Shown one piece after another: positions 47,433 through 60,751 of a stretch of DNA of 64,000 bases. Below the pieces are notes generated by a model. The model ran no database searches. It saw nothing but the letters and a program-made list of their open reading frames with translations, and had not been told where the DNA came from. Source of the stretch: Antedon mediterranea (taxonomy: Eukaryota > Animalia > Echinodermata); assembly GCF_964355755.1 (NCBI RefSeq), contig NC_092670.1, positions 32,228,388 through 32,292,387 of the forward strand. Reading direction: 5' to 3'. The position numbers and the translations under genes were made by a program. The first letter of the stretch is position 1, and every line of letters starts with the position of its first letter.

Positions 47433-48099
47433 GTTTATCTAGGCTATATTATTATCATTGATTATAGTAAGAGAAATTAGAGAAATTAATGAATATTTGC
47501 CACAGTAGTAACAAACATTATAATAAGTGCAATTCAAATTCAAAACAGCATTGTGAAGTGTAGAAAGAATCAGAGGTTCTATTTTTATTTAATACCCAGT
47601 CACAGTACATCCATGCAGATTAAAATAAGAGAACTCTCATAACACTGGTGGTGTCACAATATCACCCAGACAGAGGAATGGATGTGTGTCTGCCACCATC
47701 CTTGCTTGCCATGCATGATGATGCCCAGCCCAGTGTTTGACCATTTAAAATGATTCATAATCCTCTATAATTTCGTGGTTTTCGTTGTATTACCTATAGC
47801 TCTAAATTTAGGAAATAATAAATGGAAATTCGTCATAGAAATCGGATAACTTACAATGTTTCTTTACACAGCATGTATACTCTCACTCCAGACACTTTCC
47901 TCTTCGACAGTCTCTGTAAACAAACATATTAATGCGATATCCTATATAGGCGAGCTATAACACTCATGAAGGCGAATGTATACAAACTTATCTATTTGAA
48001 TTTATTTTTGGTTACGAGAAAACATAACAATGTTGATATAATATTGGAAGTAAATCAAATTGTATTGCTCATATTGGAGCTGGTAATTAGGGATTAAAA

Positions 48100-48340
48100 T
48101 TCATAAATTTAACTCGTCTTATATCGCACAAGTGTACGTACATAGGTGAGAATCAGAGGAAATGACGTCGTGTACGAACGATACCGGAAGAACAAGCGGT
48201 TACCACAAAACGTAATGTGGGTGGGGATTTCTTGTGCGTGAAATGTTTATGAAAGCACAATATTAATTTTAGTTTCATTCCTCAGTGTGTCCGATAATAG
48301 TGTAAGATATATACTAACTACAGAATAAAAATGTAAGTAT
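48100..48340. promoter_or_regulatory. Putative bidirectional promoter (LYR gene leftward, unidentified transcript rightward)
   Basis: CpG-richer patch with TGACGTC (48163), ETS CCGGAAG (48184) and GGGTGGGG (48219); minus-strand GTAAGT donor at 47854 and plus-strand GTAAGT donor at 48333. Confidence 0.5.
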
Positions 48341-49072
48341 AATACTTTTTTTTCTTTTTAATTCGGAAAGGAAAACACCTTTTGATAACAATTATTTTCA
48401 ATCATAACATCAGGCCTAGCTAAGCATGGGTTTACGTACTTTCGTGAGTGAATAAGCAAGAAGAAAGGAAGATTTCACTGGAGCGGTCAAAACAAACCAT
48501 GCATACAGTGGTTGTGGCTAGACTTACGATTTAAACAAAAACGTAAAACTGACAATAGAATTGTGTTTGTTAGGTTGATTGATGTAAACATTTTCTGTGA
48601 TTGAGATTGTTTTTACCCAAATTTAAATATTGAAATGATGAGCTGAATTCTATATTTTGCACATCTTCAAAAAAAAAAAAAAAACTTTCAACAAAAAATC
48701 ACTGAGAGGTAATTACCTCCATGCTTATAAATATAATATATCATAAAGGATCCACCTACAGGATGGTATATCCTAAATAAAGGTGTCCACTCTAGCCTAT
48801 AGAGTGTCCTCTTCATTATAATAGAGGGGTACGTCTCCAAAATTATGTTTTCACTTTACAAAAAGACAAAAAACGGTTAAATTCAACCAACCCATTAGGT
48901 GGCAGACAATTGACAATTTCTTGCTTCAAATTACAGTTTTATGGGAAATATTTTTTTTTTATCCAATTTTTGGTCAAAGTGAATGACTATTATTATGGAA
49001 CATCAAAATGGCATATTCAACAACAAAATTTGAAAAAAAAAACCATTTTTTCAGGTGGACAATATATCTTAA

Positions 49073-50127
49073 AGGACAACTGTACCGAGGACCATATTTT
49101 AAAAACGTATTAGGGGTATACATATGATTTCAGAACCATCGCGAAATCGAGGATATCGCCGCACGCGCTCGCCGTACAGCCGTCGCCGTAAATTGCTGTG
49201 ACGTCACAGGTGCATCGCATAATCTACTTAATGAGTTTTCGCTGTTGTTACCATACAATAGATAGGTACCGTCACTTCAATTGCTTATTTAACCTTTTAA
49301 ATTACTTAAATTTGCCAAAATGTTTTCCTGGTATTTTGAAGAAACACTTCAATATCCATATAGACAAAACAAACAATAAAACAATTCAACTTTTATATTT
49401 TTTACGATTTATTTAAAAAGTGTGTTTACTAGAAATGTTCGCGCTTTGCGAGACTTGTCTATGGGACCCGAAGAGTAGCTAGTAGAAACATGACGTATGA
49501 CGTTCTGGAATCATTCAACCATATCGGACTCAAAACTTTTTCTCTGCTAGCTAGCGATTTTTGGGCCGTGTGCGAGCTTCCTCCTCCTCGTGTGTGTGAC
49601 GGTGGTGTGATCAACATTGTGTAGAGTAGTATAGTAGAGAGAGGGAACTGAAAATGCCGGCGTGTTTTGAGTCCGATATGGTTGAATGATTCCAGAACGT
49701 CATACGTCATGTTTCTACTAGCTACTCTTCGGGTCCCATAGACAAGTCTCGCAAAGCGCGAACATTTCTAGTAAACACACTTTTTAAATAAATCGTAAAA
49801 AATATAAAAGTTGAATTGTTTTATTGTTTGTTTTGTCTATCTGGATATTGAAGTGTTTCTTCAAAATACCAGGAAAACATTTTGGCAAATTTAAGTAATT
49901 TAAAAGGTTAAATAAGCAATTGAAGTGACGGTACCTATCTATTGTATGGTAACAACAGCGAAAACTCATTAAGTAGATTATGCGATGCACCTGTGACGTC
50001 ACAGCAATTTACGGCGACGGCTGTACGGCGAGCGCGTGCGGCGATATCCTCGATTTCGCGATGGTTCTGAAATCATATGTATACCCCTAATACGTTTTTA
50101 AAATATGGTCCTCGGTACAGTTGTCCT
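49073..50127. mobile_element. Foldback non-autonomous Kolobok-like transposon with 464-bp TIRs
   Basis: TTAA TSD (49069-49072 and 50128-50131), AGG...CCT termini, arms 49073-49536 and 49664-50127 with one mismatch seen, 127-bp spacer. Confidence 0.9.
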
Positions 50128-50266
50128 TTAACCTCAATGTCTTATCTTTTGAATCATAATTATAATAAAGTTAATGAATGGTTTAAAAAAGAAAACGAAT
50201 TTGTATCTTTACTGACATACTAAAACACGGGCTATATTGTATGATCAATCTTTTATTTGATATAGC

Positions 50267-51035
50267 TGTTATGCGCGATTTGAACGATTTGCGCAATTTG
50301 AAATTGCGCAAAAAAATCCTTGCGCAATTTTAAATTGCGCAAGGATTTTTTTGCGCAATTTCAAATTGCGCAATCAACTTGCGCAATTTCAAATTGCGCA
50401 AGAAAATCTTTGCGCAATTTTAAATTGCGCTGCACAATTTGTAAATTGCGCAAGATAGTTCTTGCGCAATATGACACCTTTGCGCAATTTGAAAACGAAC
50501 TGTAAATTTTCCCATACATGGCTAGGCTAGGCCTAGGCAGAGGAGTTTAAAATTTAGTATTTTATTATATAAATAAGACTATTTCAATGAAGATAATGTT
50601 TAATACTCACTTTTTAAGTTTTTAATATTAGTTTAAGCTAGGCCATGTAACCTAGTCAGTATCAGTAGTCCAGACCCTAGCTAGGCTAGAGTAGTATAGC
50701 CGGCCGCCCGCGCCGCGCCCGCCTGGTGGAACACCACCGCTTCGTTTTCCTTCGTCGGTTCTTCGACGGTATGCTAACTTATAACAATATTTGCACTACT
50801 AAAATAAGGAAATGCGATATTTATCTTTAATTTTGAATCATTCTTAGAAATTACTATAAAAATATGGGTGTGCATGATTTCACAATCTGTCGAAAAACCT
50901 TGCGCAATTTGCAGATTACTTGCGCAATTTAATACGTTGCTTGCGCAATTTGAAACACATGTTTCAATTCAAATTGCGCAAGGATTTTTTTTGCGCAATT
51001 TCAAATTGCGCAAATCGTTCAAATCGCGCATAACA
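50267..51035. mobile_element. Ginger-like MITE rich in TTGCGCAA palindromes
   Basis: TGT...ACA termini, TIRs of about 65 bp, 4-bp TSD TAGC (50263-50266 and 51036-51039), about 18 TTGCGCAA copies. Confidence 0.8.
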
Positions 51036-54000
51036 TAGCCATTATACAATACATTTTGAAAAAAAAAAAACTATCTATTATAGAAAACATAAAATGTTGG
51101 TTAAAGGAGTCAAAATATCAGTTTAATCCAACACATTTTGCAATTGTTATACAGCAACGGAAAAGAATAAAAAAAAAATTGAAATAAAATTGTTTTTTTA
51201 CAGCTGTTTTGTTCTTCCGTTCTGCATTGGTTTATCTTCAAGGGATTTGACTTATAGAATTGCTAATCTTAGTTACAATAACCAACTAAATCGAAGACAA
51301 GTGGAAATATTAAAAGCAATTCATATGATCTGACTCAAAAAAGTTACTTTCATATTCTCTGATTCTATCAGTGCTTAGACAGTAGAGTAAAATATATAAT
51401 GTGTGAACAGCCCTCTATGCGATTACATCATTACTGAAGTTACATTTATCATTACAGTAATTACAATGATTTTGTTCACAACTTCAATACTGTCAAACCC
51501 TCGTTCTGTGGATTTGTCTTTGGGTGACCTTTTTCTGAATGAGTTGTATACAGTAGTTGAATATGGACATTGTGCTACAGTGCTAGTGTGTACTGTGTTC
51601 AGCTAACTTGAAACCAGCGAGTATAAATATTTTTATACCCTCCCTGTTTAAACCAATGTCATTGCATATGGTTGGAAGTATTACTGTAACTGTATGTTTC
51701 CATTCATGTTTGACCCAAAATGTCAGGGTCATAATGTTTACAGCGCGTATTTCTTAAACTGTACAGTATTAATAATGAACTAATAAATAGCTAGTAAAAA
51801 ATATGAACAATTTGATATAGATTTTATATAAAAAAATATAGTTTTAGACGTATACTTTTATTTATGAACCAACAATTATTATACACTACAGTACTTTTGA
51901 AAACTTTCACAAAGTTAATATACAGTATGATTAAGATTAATTGGTTTGCTCGCAATATGCGACCTCTTAAAATATGAATGTATAGTAGGTCAATAATAGT
52001 GTGGAGGAAGACAGATACAGGATATAGTGTTTAGGTAATTTACTCTTAATTAACGAGCCATGTAATCGTCTACCTCCGTATAGCTTGCATTAACATAAAT
52101 TTTAAGATTTCATTTGCATCCCCACCTCAAACTGACTACTATAGACATAGGACTGTGGTGGGATGAGAACAACATCATTACAGAACACCATTAGCCCTGA
52201 AAATTTGTCGGTACGGTCAAGAAATGAGTCAGATAATCCTTTTTTTAGATGATTATGAATTATGATATAAAAAACATTATACTGAGCCAAACCTTAAATA
52301 AAAATAGAGTGAAAATCACCCAGATGCATTTAAAAGATGTTCCCCCACTGGAGCGTTTTTAAAACATGCTACTACTACACACAATTACTGTATGTAGCTC
52401 AGTATTCAACAAGCCTATGAAAAGTGTGATTCCATAATACTTTTTGGATTCCAAATCCCAGTGTCATATTGGAAGTATCTCAGGGTATTATTTTTACTTT
52501 GTTCTGTAGCCCTCACTACAGTGTTAAACAGTGTGACCAAATCTAGGCCTACTATTATTAGATACTTTTTTGGTACTTTTAATAACTTTGACACTATAAA
52601 TATGTTGGCATCATTTGGTATTACTATACACATTTACAGTAGTTTTATTAATTGTAGTTTTAAAACCTTTTTTTTTTTGCAAATTTTAAAATCAGATTAA
52701 AAAAAAAGCATGTGTTCACACAGCCCAAGCAGTGTTTAAGTTAGTTTATTGCATGTTATAAATTAATTTTGTTAATGCTCAATTACACCACTCCCCACCT
52801 CCCAATCCCCCATAAAAGCTGATTTTCTCATACTGTTATTACATTATAAATGTATTATATTGTAAGCTAGACTAAGAATATATTGTCGTAATTAGCAATT
52901 TTGCAGTTACTGTACATACAACAATTATAGAAGATATTTTACCATTTGGGAAATACATCAATTTTGTGCTCCACATATTACTGCAAAAATATCCTATTTT
53001 AGGAAACATACTATTATATTTTCACATTATGCAATCTTTATTCGCAGTTTGCTGTCGTTATCAACCCATTCTACAGTAATCATGAGTAACGTTATTTCTT
53101 TTTAATGACGAAAAATGTAATAACTGTTAATAACATTATTTAACATATGGCGATAGACTATCATCTGGCCACCTGGAGTCATCTGGCCACCTGGAGACCT
53201 TTGCTGTATTTTCATGTTCTCTGTTCTTTTTTTCAATACAAAGTTTCTTTTGCTTTTTTTTTAAGATTCTATAGTGTAATAGTAGGAAGGAAGTTGCCTC
53301 TTAGTTTATACACAAGAGGGGAAGTAAGAGAGATAATAATTCTGTAGTTATTTCAATTGTTTCCTTTGCTCTATACCATAAAAAAAAAAGTGTTTTTCCA
53401 AATACTTTTTTTACAACTTTATTCAGTAAATTATTGTCACGTAATTATAATCATATCGATGTAATAAACAACTCTAAACAATATTATTTGAAAGAACATG
53501 AATTTACTTAATTCAACTTTAAATTACATGTTGAAAACAAGAGATTGTGTCAACAAGGCCTAATGGATTCCGTGTCTGAAGTACATGTGTTTAGACACCA
53601 AGATTGTGTATCTACCTTATTTAGATCTGATTTTATCTACATTTTATAAAAAAATGGTGGCCATTTTGAAAAATGGCCGCCATTTCAAGACGAGGCAAAA
53701 AATTAAGTGTCAACAGGGCTTAGAGTGATCAGAAGGGTTTAATTAGGATATCTGGCTATGTTGACAGCCTCTAACATTCCACTCCCCCTAACTAATTTTT
53801 TTCACATTTTTTGCCTAGACTATATAATCTAGAACAAAAATATTGTGATATGATACAGTACATACAGTATGTCAATATTAATTTTCGAAAGTGCGCCCTC
53901 TGCAGATGTTGTGTTTGGTCATTATAGTCTACAGGTTTTTTTTTTTCAATTTTTACACTAAATTGTGTTAGTATATTACAGACCTTCGGACTTATTTTAT

Positions 54001-55693
54001 TTATTTTATTTCCAACCCCAACCAACAGCAAAAGAAATTCTCCAATAATAGAAGGGTATAACACGCAATTGTAGACCTCAATATTTTAGGTCATCTAAAA
54101 TTCTTTTTCTGGTTTGATAACTCCTTTCTCACAGCTGATGCAGGTACTGTATGATTACCGGCAATGCATATCTATTCACATAGGGCTATCGTGCCAGGAA
54201 CGTAACCAGTATATAGACTTCCATTAAGAAAGGGTCGAAGTATATCTGGCAAATAAAGTGTTTATTTGGGGAAAGTCGCACCATCTCTATTTTGCCATTC
54301 TACATTACATACCATAGAGACAGTTTGCATTTTTTTTTTTTTCTTATTTATACTTTGTGTTATTTACAATAATTGTTGTTTCATTCAAATCCAATTAGTT
54401 TGAATGAACCTATTCATTCATTCATTACCGCTGGCATACAGTAGATACAGCTTAACTCGTGTCTATTATGAGAAAACAATTACGGTAGCTTTTCAGTTGC
54501 GTTTGTAGGACGACACGCTTTGAAAATTACCATGAAAATAGATAACAAGATGACAATACAATGGAATGTTATTGTTAGTTTTATTTATTGTCGATTTAAA
54601 GTAGTGTAGTTAAATTATATAAAATACTGAATTAAGTTCAAGGTTTTGAATTCATTTTTATTGTTATCATTACCAAAACCTTGTGTTAAGGCTTTGTTTG
54701 CTTTATTTAGGTCAGGGTGATTTTCTACTTTCAATGTTGTTTTTTGTGTTAATATTATTTTATATACTTTTGTTTGTGATTGAGTGAGGTTTGAGTTTTT
54801 TGGTAGAGTTTACCCATCAACAATGAACTTGATAAGGTAATGTATAAAGAATTAAGTATCTACAATTTTGTTGACTGTCCATTCCTTCATATATTTTTAG
54901 GCATTGGTTGTGTTCACCTATCACATTTATAAAAGAGATTGTATCTAGGAATATTTGATGATTAAGAAACTGTTTATTTGAATGCTGAATACAATAGTCA
55001 TTTTTTGATTGTGTTGGTTTTTTTAATGAATACATTCAATTCAATTTTATTGCATGACTTTTTATATAACTTTTAATGCGTAGTAAAAAAGGTTTAATCT
55101 TTCATTTAATTATATACAGTAGTAGTCAACAACCTAAACCAATGATCTTCCTGTAATTTTGTGAATAAGTTTTCTTTAATATATCATATTTAGTTTTGTG
55201 AATTGTGGTTTTTTTTATTAGCAATTACCCAAGAATGTCATAATAAAAATTGTTAACTACCACAATATTACTCTTTAATTCTGAACAAAACCTACTTAAA
55301 CTCACTTATGTGGTAATATTATTAGGAAGAAGTTTTCCAAACTTTGTCATAATTGTATTAAATATTTAGTACGTAAAAGGATTTGCATGTTGTTTTTCAA
55401 GTCGGACTAGAACCCACAACCTCCAGGTCATCAGCCTAATAAAGTTTATCATTTAGTTTAGCATTATTTCATTTCATTTTCGAAGAAAAAGTACTACTGT
55501 AATACTAAGATTTTGTTTTGAGTCGTAGTAAAATTGTTAACACATAGTTTGTAAAATTGTAAAAATTGTAATACAGGCTCAGAACTTTTGAAATGGCAGA
55601 AATTATAAAAATAGAGGTTAAATTTTTGCATTTTTAAGTTACTTGATAAATGTCATTGTATCATTATCAAATACATTCATTTTAATTTTCAAT

Positions 55694-55830
55694 TAGTGGA
55701 GCTGTAGCTTTTTGGTAATGGTTGCCTTCCAATCCAATCCTGACCTAATGCCAGCGTTGTAACTCATGACTTTTACAGCTTCACTTCACTCCCTAATCAA
55801 AATGAGACTTAGTTAATATAAGCATGATAA
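55694..55830 (+). mobile_element. tRNA-derived SINE (internally deleted copy)
   Basis: Shares head TAGTGGAGCTGTAGC and body GTTGTAACTCATGACT...AAATGAGACTTAGTT...ATAAGCATGATAAA with 62830-62980. Confidence 0.65.
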
Positions 55831-56865
55831 ATTATAAAATAGTTTAATCCATTTTGTAATTGGTGAGTTACTGCTGTTAGATGCGTATATAAATAAATAA
55901 AAGAAATAATTATAAATAAATAAACATTTTAAAAATATCATTTTATTAAAATGTGGCGAAGACTGATTTCCATGTGATGTACAGTCATTTAAAGTTTAAC
56001 ATACAATAAATCATAAATAAATAAAACTAATAAATACATTTAATGTCGCATTCAGATTTAAATACATATTGTATATTTATGTTTTATATGCAAAGACCAT
56101 ATTCTCCATAAAATATCAACACTGGCCATCCATCATGTTGTCCTAATCATGAATATCCACTTCTCGTTTATTATCATATCATCTTGTGCAGCAGTAAAAA
56201 ACGAGATAAGGGGAAGTGTCGATTGAAAAACTAGCACACACAGATTTATAGAGGACGTAATTCATTCATTAAAGTAACTACGGAGGAAAGAATAAAATTA
56301 TCCCGATAGACGAAACTGATAAATCTGTAATTTTGCTTGGAGGCAAATTGATGACTCACCTTCACTGCAATAATTAGATTATTGATGTATGTCTGGGGAT
56401 GTTCTGGAAAATACTAATTATTAATACTGTACAGTATGTTATGGTTTTCATGTGTTTTTTGATGAATTTAAAGGCTTCAATAGAGATCATGTAAAAAATT
56501 TAATTTTGTTGGATGTTATGCAACCAGGCCGGCATACTTTTACTTCATTTTTCTTTATGTACAAATTCTCATATTTATACTATGCCAACCCAATACAGTT
56601 ATACTGTACAACTTTCAGATGTATTTATAAATGCATATCACGTTTTTTTCTTTTACTTTTTCCTGCCTTCCCTTTTATTTTACTTTATAATAATTTTGAT
56701 AATATTCTGGAATTTGTAAAGCACCTAATGTTGTGAAACCTATAAGTGCTGTACATATTATTACTCTGCTCATTTTTAGATCAAACATGTATGGAAACAT
56801 ACAGTACTCCCATAATGCAGCTAGTAATAAGCAAAAAGTTGTGTCTTACTGTACCCTTTACCAGG

Positions 56866-57390
56866 GTTTCTTCCCTCATCTGTTCCTCTTTCCTTCTGTT
56901 CCTTTTCTCTTTTATCTGTTCCTCTTCTCTTTCTTTCTGTTATTCTTCTCTTTTATCTGTTCCTCTTCTCTTTATCTGTTCCTCTTCTCTTTTATCTGTT
57001 CCTCTTCTCTTTCCTTCTGTTCCTCTTCTCTTTTATCTGTTCCTCTTCTCTTTCTTTCTGTTCCTCTTCTCTTTTATCTGTTCCACTTCTCTCTCTTCTG
57101 TTCCTCTTCTCTTTTATCTGTTCCTCTTCTCTTTCTTTCTGTTCCTCTTTTCTTTTATCTGTTCCTCTTCTCTCTCTTCTGTTCCTCTTTTCTTTTATCT
57201 GTTCCTCTTTTCTTTCTTTCTGTTCCTCTTCTCTAGTATCTGTTCCTCTTCTTCTTTCTGTTCCTCCTCTTTTTGTATTTGTTCCTCTTCTCTTGTATCT
57301 GTTCCTCTTATCCTTCTTTCTGTTCCTATTCTCTTTTATTTGTTCCTCTTCTCTTTTATCTGTTCCTCTTCTCTCTCTTCTGTTCTTCAG
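56866..57390. repeat. Pyrimidine-rich minisatellite (TCTGTTCCTCTTCTCTTTTA and 20-24 bp variants)
   Basis: Directly visible; produces the low-complexity ORFs between 56733 and 57482. Confidence 0.95.
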
Positions 57391-59339
57391 TTTTGTTTCA
57401 CCACCTTGAAATAAAACGTTTCGTAACAAAAACAACCAAACTTATTTTTTGGATGGAAGTTTTTTATAGCTCTATGATATAATCACCTCAGGCAAATGCC
57501 CCACTACAAAAAAGTAAAATAAAAACACTTTACTCCTACTTGCTGCTTTGTTGAAAAGAAAAACAAAGAGCAGTTTGTCTACTAAACCATTAGATTTCCT
57601 TATTTCTTTCACTTTCAGTAAGTAATGATTCTTTGCTCAATTCTCTATGTAAACAGTTAATTTAATAATCATTTTGTCAACAGCATCCTAAAGTCAATTT
57701 GGATATTATGTAAGTATGTACAATTACACCATTGTTTGGCATAGGATTTCCTGATACTTTATAGCCACATATTGTTTAACCAGATATGTGCGTTTATAGG
57801 TTATCTGTGTTTGTTATTATGCAATATTGTGTGGTCGTCGACCTTCATCTGACTCATCTTCCAATTGTTAGACCCGGTTGATGGCCATTTATAATAAATG
57901 TTGATCATTATTGTTGTTTTCCATAACATTACTTATGTTGCTTAACTTACTTATTTTGCGGTATTTTTTTACTGTAGATTATTTTTTCAATGCATCTTAT
58001 AATCCGATAGTGCTATGCAAAAAGAACTTGAGAAAAACCACACAATATAGAAAGTAAACATTGTAAAAATTCAAAATGTTATTATTTATTTATTTTGCCT
58101 GGTTATTTTTCCATTTTTTTGTGATAGAAATAATTTACCTTTTATCCTTTAAAACAAGTTACAGTTTGTGAGACCCTTTTTCCAGATTATGTAATGCAAA
58201 ATTCATGTGATGGTTTCCATTGTGCTTCAAGATTATTTATTGATGAAGCATTAACAATATGGCATGGTAATTTTATTTCAGATAATAATATGTCATGACG
58301 ATTATAAAACTTCTTGGGTGGGGTGGTTGGAAAATTAAGAGTAGGAAGGAGGTCAACTAAACTGTTGATGAATCTCTGTACTCCTCAACTATATTACTGG
58401 CGTAACGATTATGAGTGCTTTCTGGCTAAACCCAGGGCTCCCAGGGCTTAAGAGGGTCCCAGAGCATGATCAGCTCCAATTCAATTACCAGCGTAAGAAT
58501 TCCCCTTTGCCCCCTGCGTTATGCCACTGAACAATGTTCCTACATACTTTATAGTAGGCCACACTGATTTAATACAAAACATCGTTACTCATTTCAAAGT
58601 TATCTCTCGTGATCCAACTACATTAAAATTCAAACGATGCACTCTCAAAGGACACACTAATTAACCTCTCATTATTACACTATGCTATTATAAAAGCTAG
58701 ATGGCGTAATAATTATCATTGACCAGCTGAGGTTAAACGCACTTAAAAGGGTCAGCCATTAATTGAGTGACAGAATTTAAGATTTCTAAATAGGTCGTGT
58801 ACGCTGTTTGGCGTATTCAAACGATTTGTATGCTTTGGAAACTATTTTGTTAATTAGTTAATTGGCTGGAGCAGGTAAAAAATAGGTTAAATAAAAGCAT
58901 TTTTTATTTTGTAGTTGTATAAGTTTTGATTGAAAATAATGCAGTATATTTTTGTTATTCTTTTCTGTTGTTTGCTTTTTGATAATTTGATCCGTATCAT
59001 GTTTGTTTTTCACTTCTAAAAAACTTTGTTCATATGCGTCACGCATTGAGTCAGTTGCTACTGATAAAAAAAACTTTTTACTACAGTGTGCGAAGTTCAA
59101 TAGAAGTTTAATAGAATATTCACACAAATGTTATGTTATGGTTCTAATACGTATGTTTCTTACTTTACCATGCCTGAGGTATTAGGCCTATGCATTATCT
59201 AACTTATTATACAATTTTAAAAGTTTTATCTTTCATTTTACAAGTTTCTAGTTTTAATGTTCTGCCTTTTTTAAATATGTAATTTTACCATTTTATATAA
59301 ATATTTCATTTTTCAACATTTACTGTCAATGTACTCATA

Positions 59340-59550
59340 TTACTTTAAAAACTATTTTAAGGTGTCTATTTCGTGCCTAGCTTATCTGGATAAACCAGCA
59401 TTAGCCTATTCTCTCCGAGAAAAGGGCTACAACTCCAATATATACAATTTTATTAAACACCCCTATCACATAATAGTACATTCCATTTTTGGTCAGTCAT
59501 TTTAACAGTATTTTTATTGTTATTAATGAAATAAAGATTGAATTGAATTG
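59340..59550 (+). mobile_element. Probable LINE 3' end with AATAAA and (ATTGA)n tail
   Basis: Ends GAAATAAAGATTGAATTGAATTG after a T-rich 3' UTR-like stretch. Confidence 0.35.
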
Positions 59551-60751
59551 ATAAGAGCCTTTATGGCTATACGTATTTACACAATTTTTAAGCATGAATA
59601 TGCTGATCAGTTAGAGAAAAAAAGTACTGTACCATCATTTTTAAAGAATATAGTTTGTACAGTAATACAGTATCCCGAATGAACGCAGTGTGTAGCCTAT
59701 ATATTTGCCTGGTTGTTTCTATTTAATATGAAAGACTAGTTTACTGAAATCAATTAATACTTTCTATTTTTATTTTGCACCATAATAAGTAGTGCAGAGT
59801 ACAATGTCGGTTTCAAGAGTTGCTACAGTATTCTTATAAAGAGTGTGACACTAAACATTCCGTATTTCTTTGAAGTATATCAATGACCACTTTACAAATG
59901 ACTAGTGTCACATGATGTAATGATATCTTTAGTAGAATGTCAACCACACCATGGTCAAGAACTCTTGATCCTCTTTTCTTTATAAACTGGCAAGTTGTTC
60001 CCATAGTCAAATCTACAGTATATAACAACCATAGAAATTACAGTATATGATTATAATATTTAATATAGTTAGAGACGAGGCATGTCTAGCAAATACCACT
60101 TAGATAGAGCCTGTTTCATGCTACTAAAAAAATAAATAATAACAAAAATAATGTTCTGGGTGAATTTCTTGGCAGCAGAAACAGGACAAATTTTCAACAA
60201 CCGGTTATAAATGGCAGGCTGAAAATAATGGAAATTCAAAATACTTTTCTCTGCAGTGCAAAAAAACTGACCTCAATTGACCTTGAGTCAACTACTGTAG
60301 CATGTTTTACTACCTTTTTGGTAATAGGTCAATGGTTAATGTTTGTTAATTGTTGACCACCCATTGATTTGAACAGTTTTTTGGGAGCACAAATTTAGCA
60401 AAATGCAGCCAATTATTTTTAGTGAACTGTTTATACAGCCCTTCTATGCAGCAGAACAGACCCATCCCTCCAGCTGCATTACCTCCTCATTGAAGGTCTC
60501 CAGGAGACATGGTGTTAATACAGAATGTCATGATTCAATCAATTTCCTTTTCCATTTACAGTAATTGATTAAAATTCTCCATAAATACAGCATTTTAATT
60601 CTTTTTATTGACTCCACCTTAGCAACTGCAGACTGACTTCTATTGTTATGCAACACATTGAATCGTATAATAATGGGCGTTGCTCTTACAAAAGAAGATG
60701 TAGGCCAAGGCTGTTACAATAAAACATAGTGTGTTCATGTATTTTCACTTA

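Noticed and set aside
49198-50002. Two near-identical 72-aa ORFs on opposite strands
   Set aside because: Mirror translations of the foldback element arms.
53148-53790. Possible transposon with TCATCTGGCCACCTGGAG repeats
   Set aside because: The two ends do not form a convincing TIR pair and no TSD was found.
56733-57482. Long ORFs of 147-222 aa
   Set aside because: Low-complexity translations of the CT-rich minisatellite.
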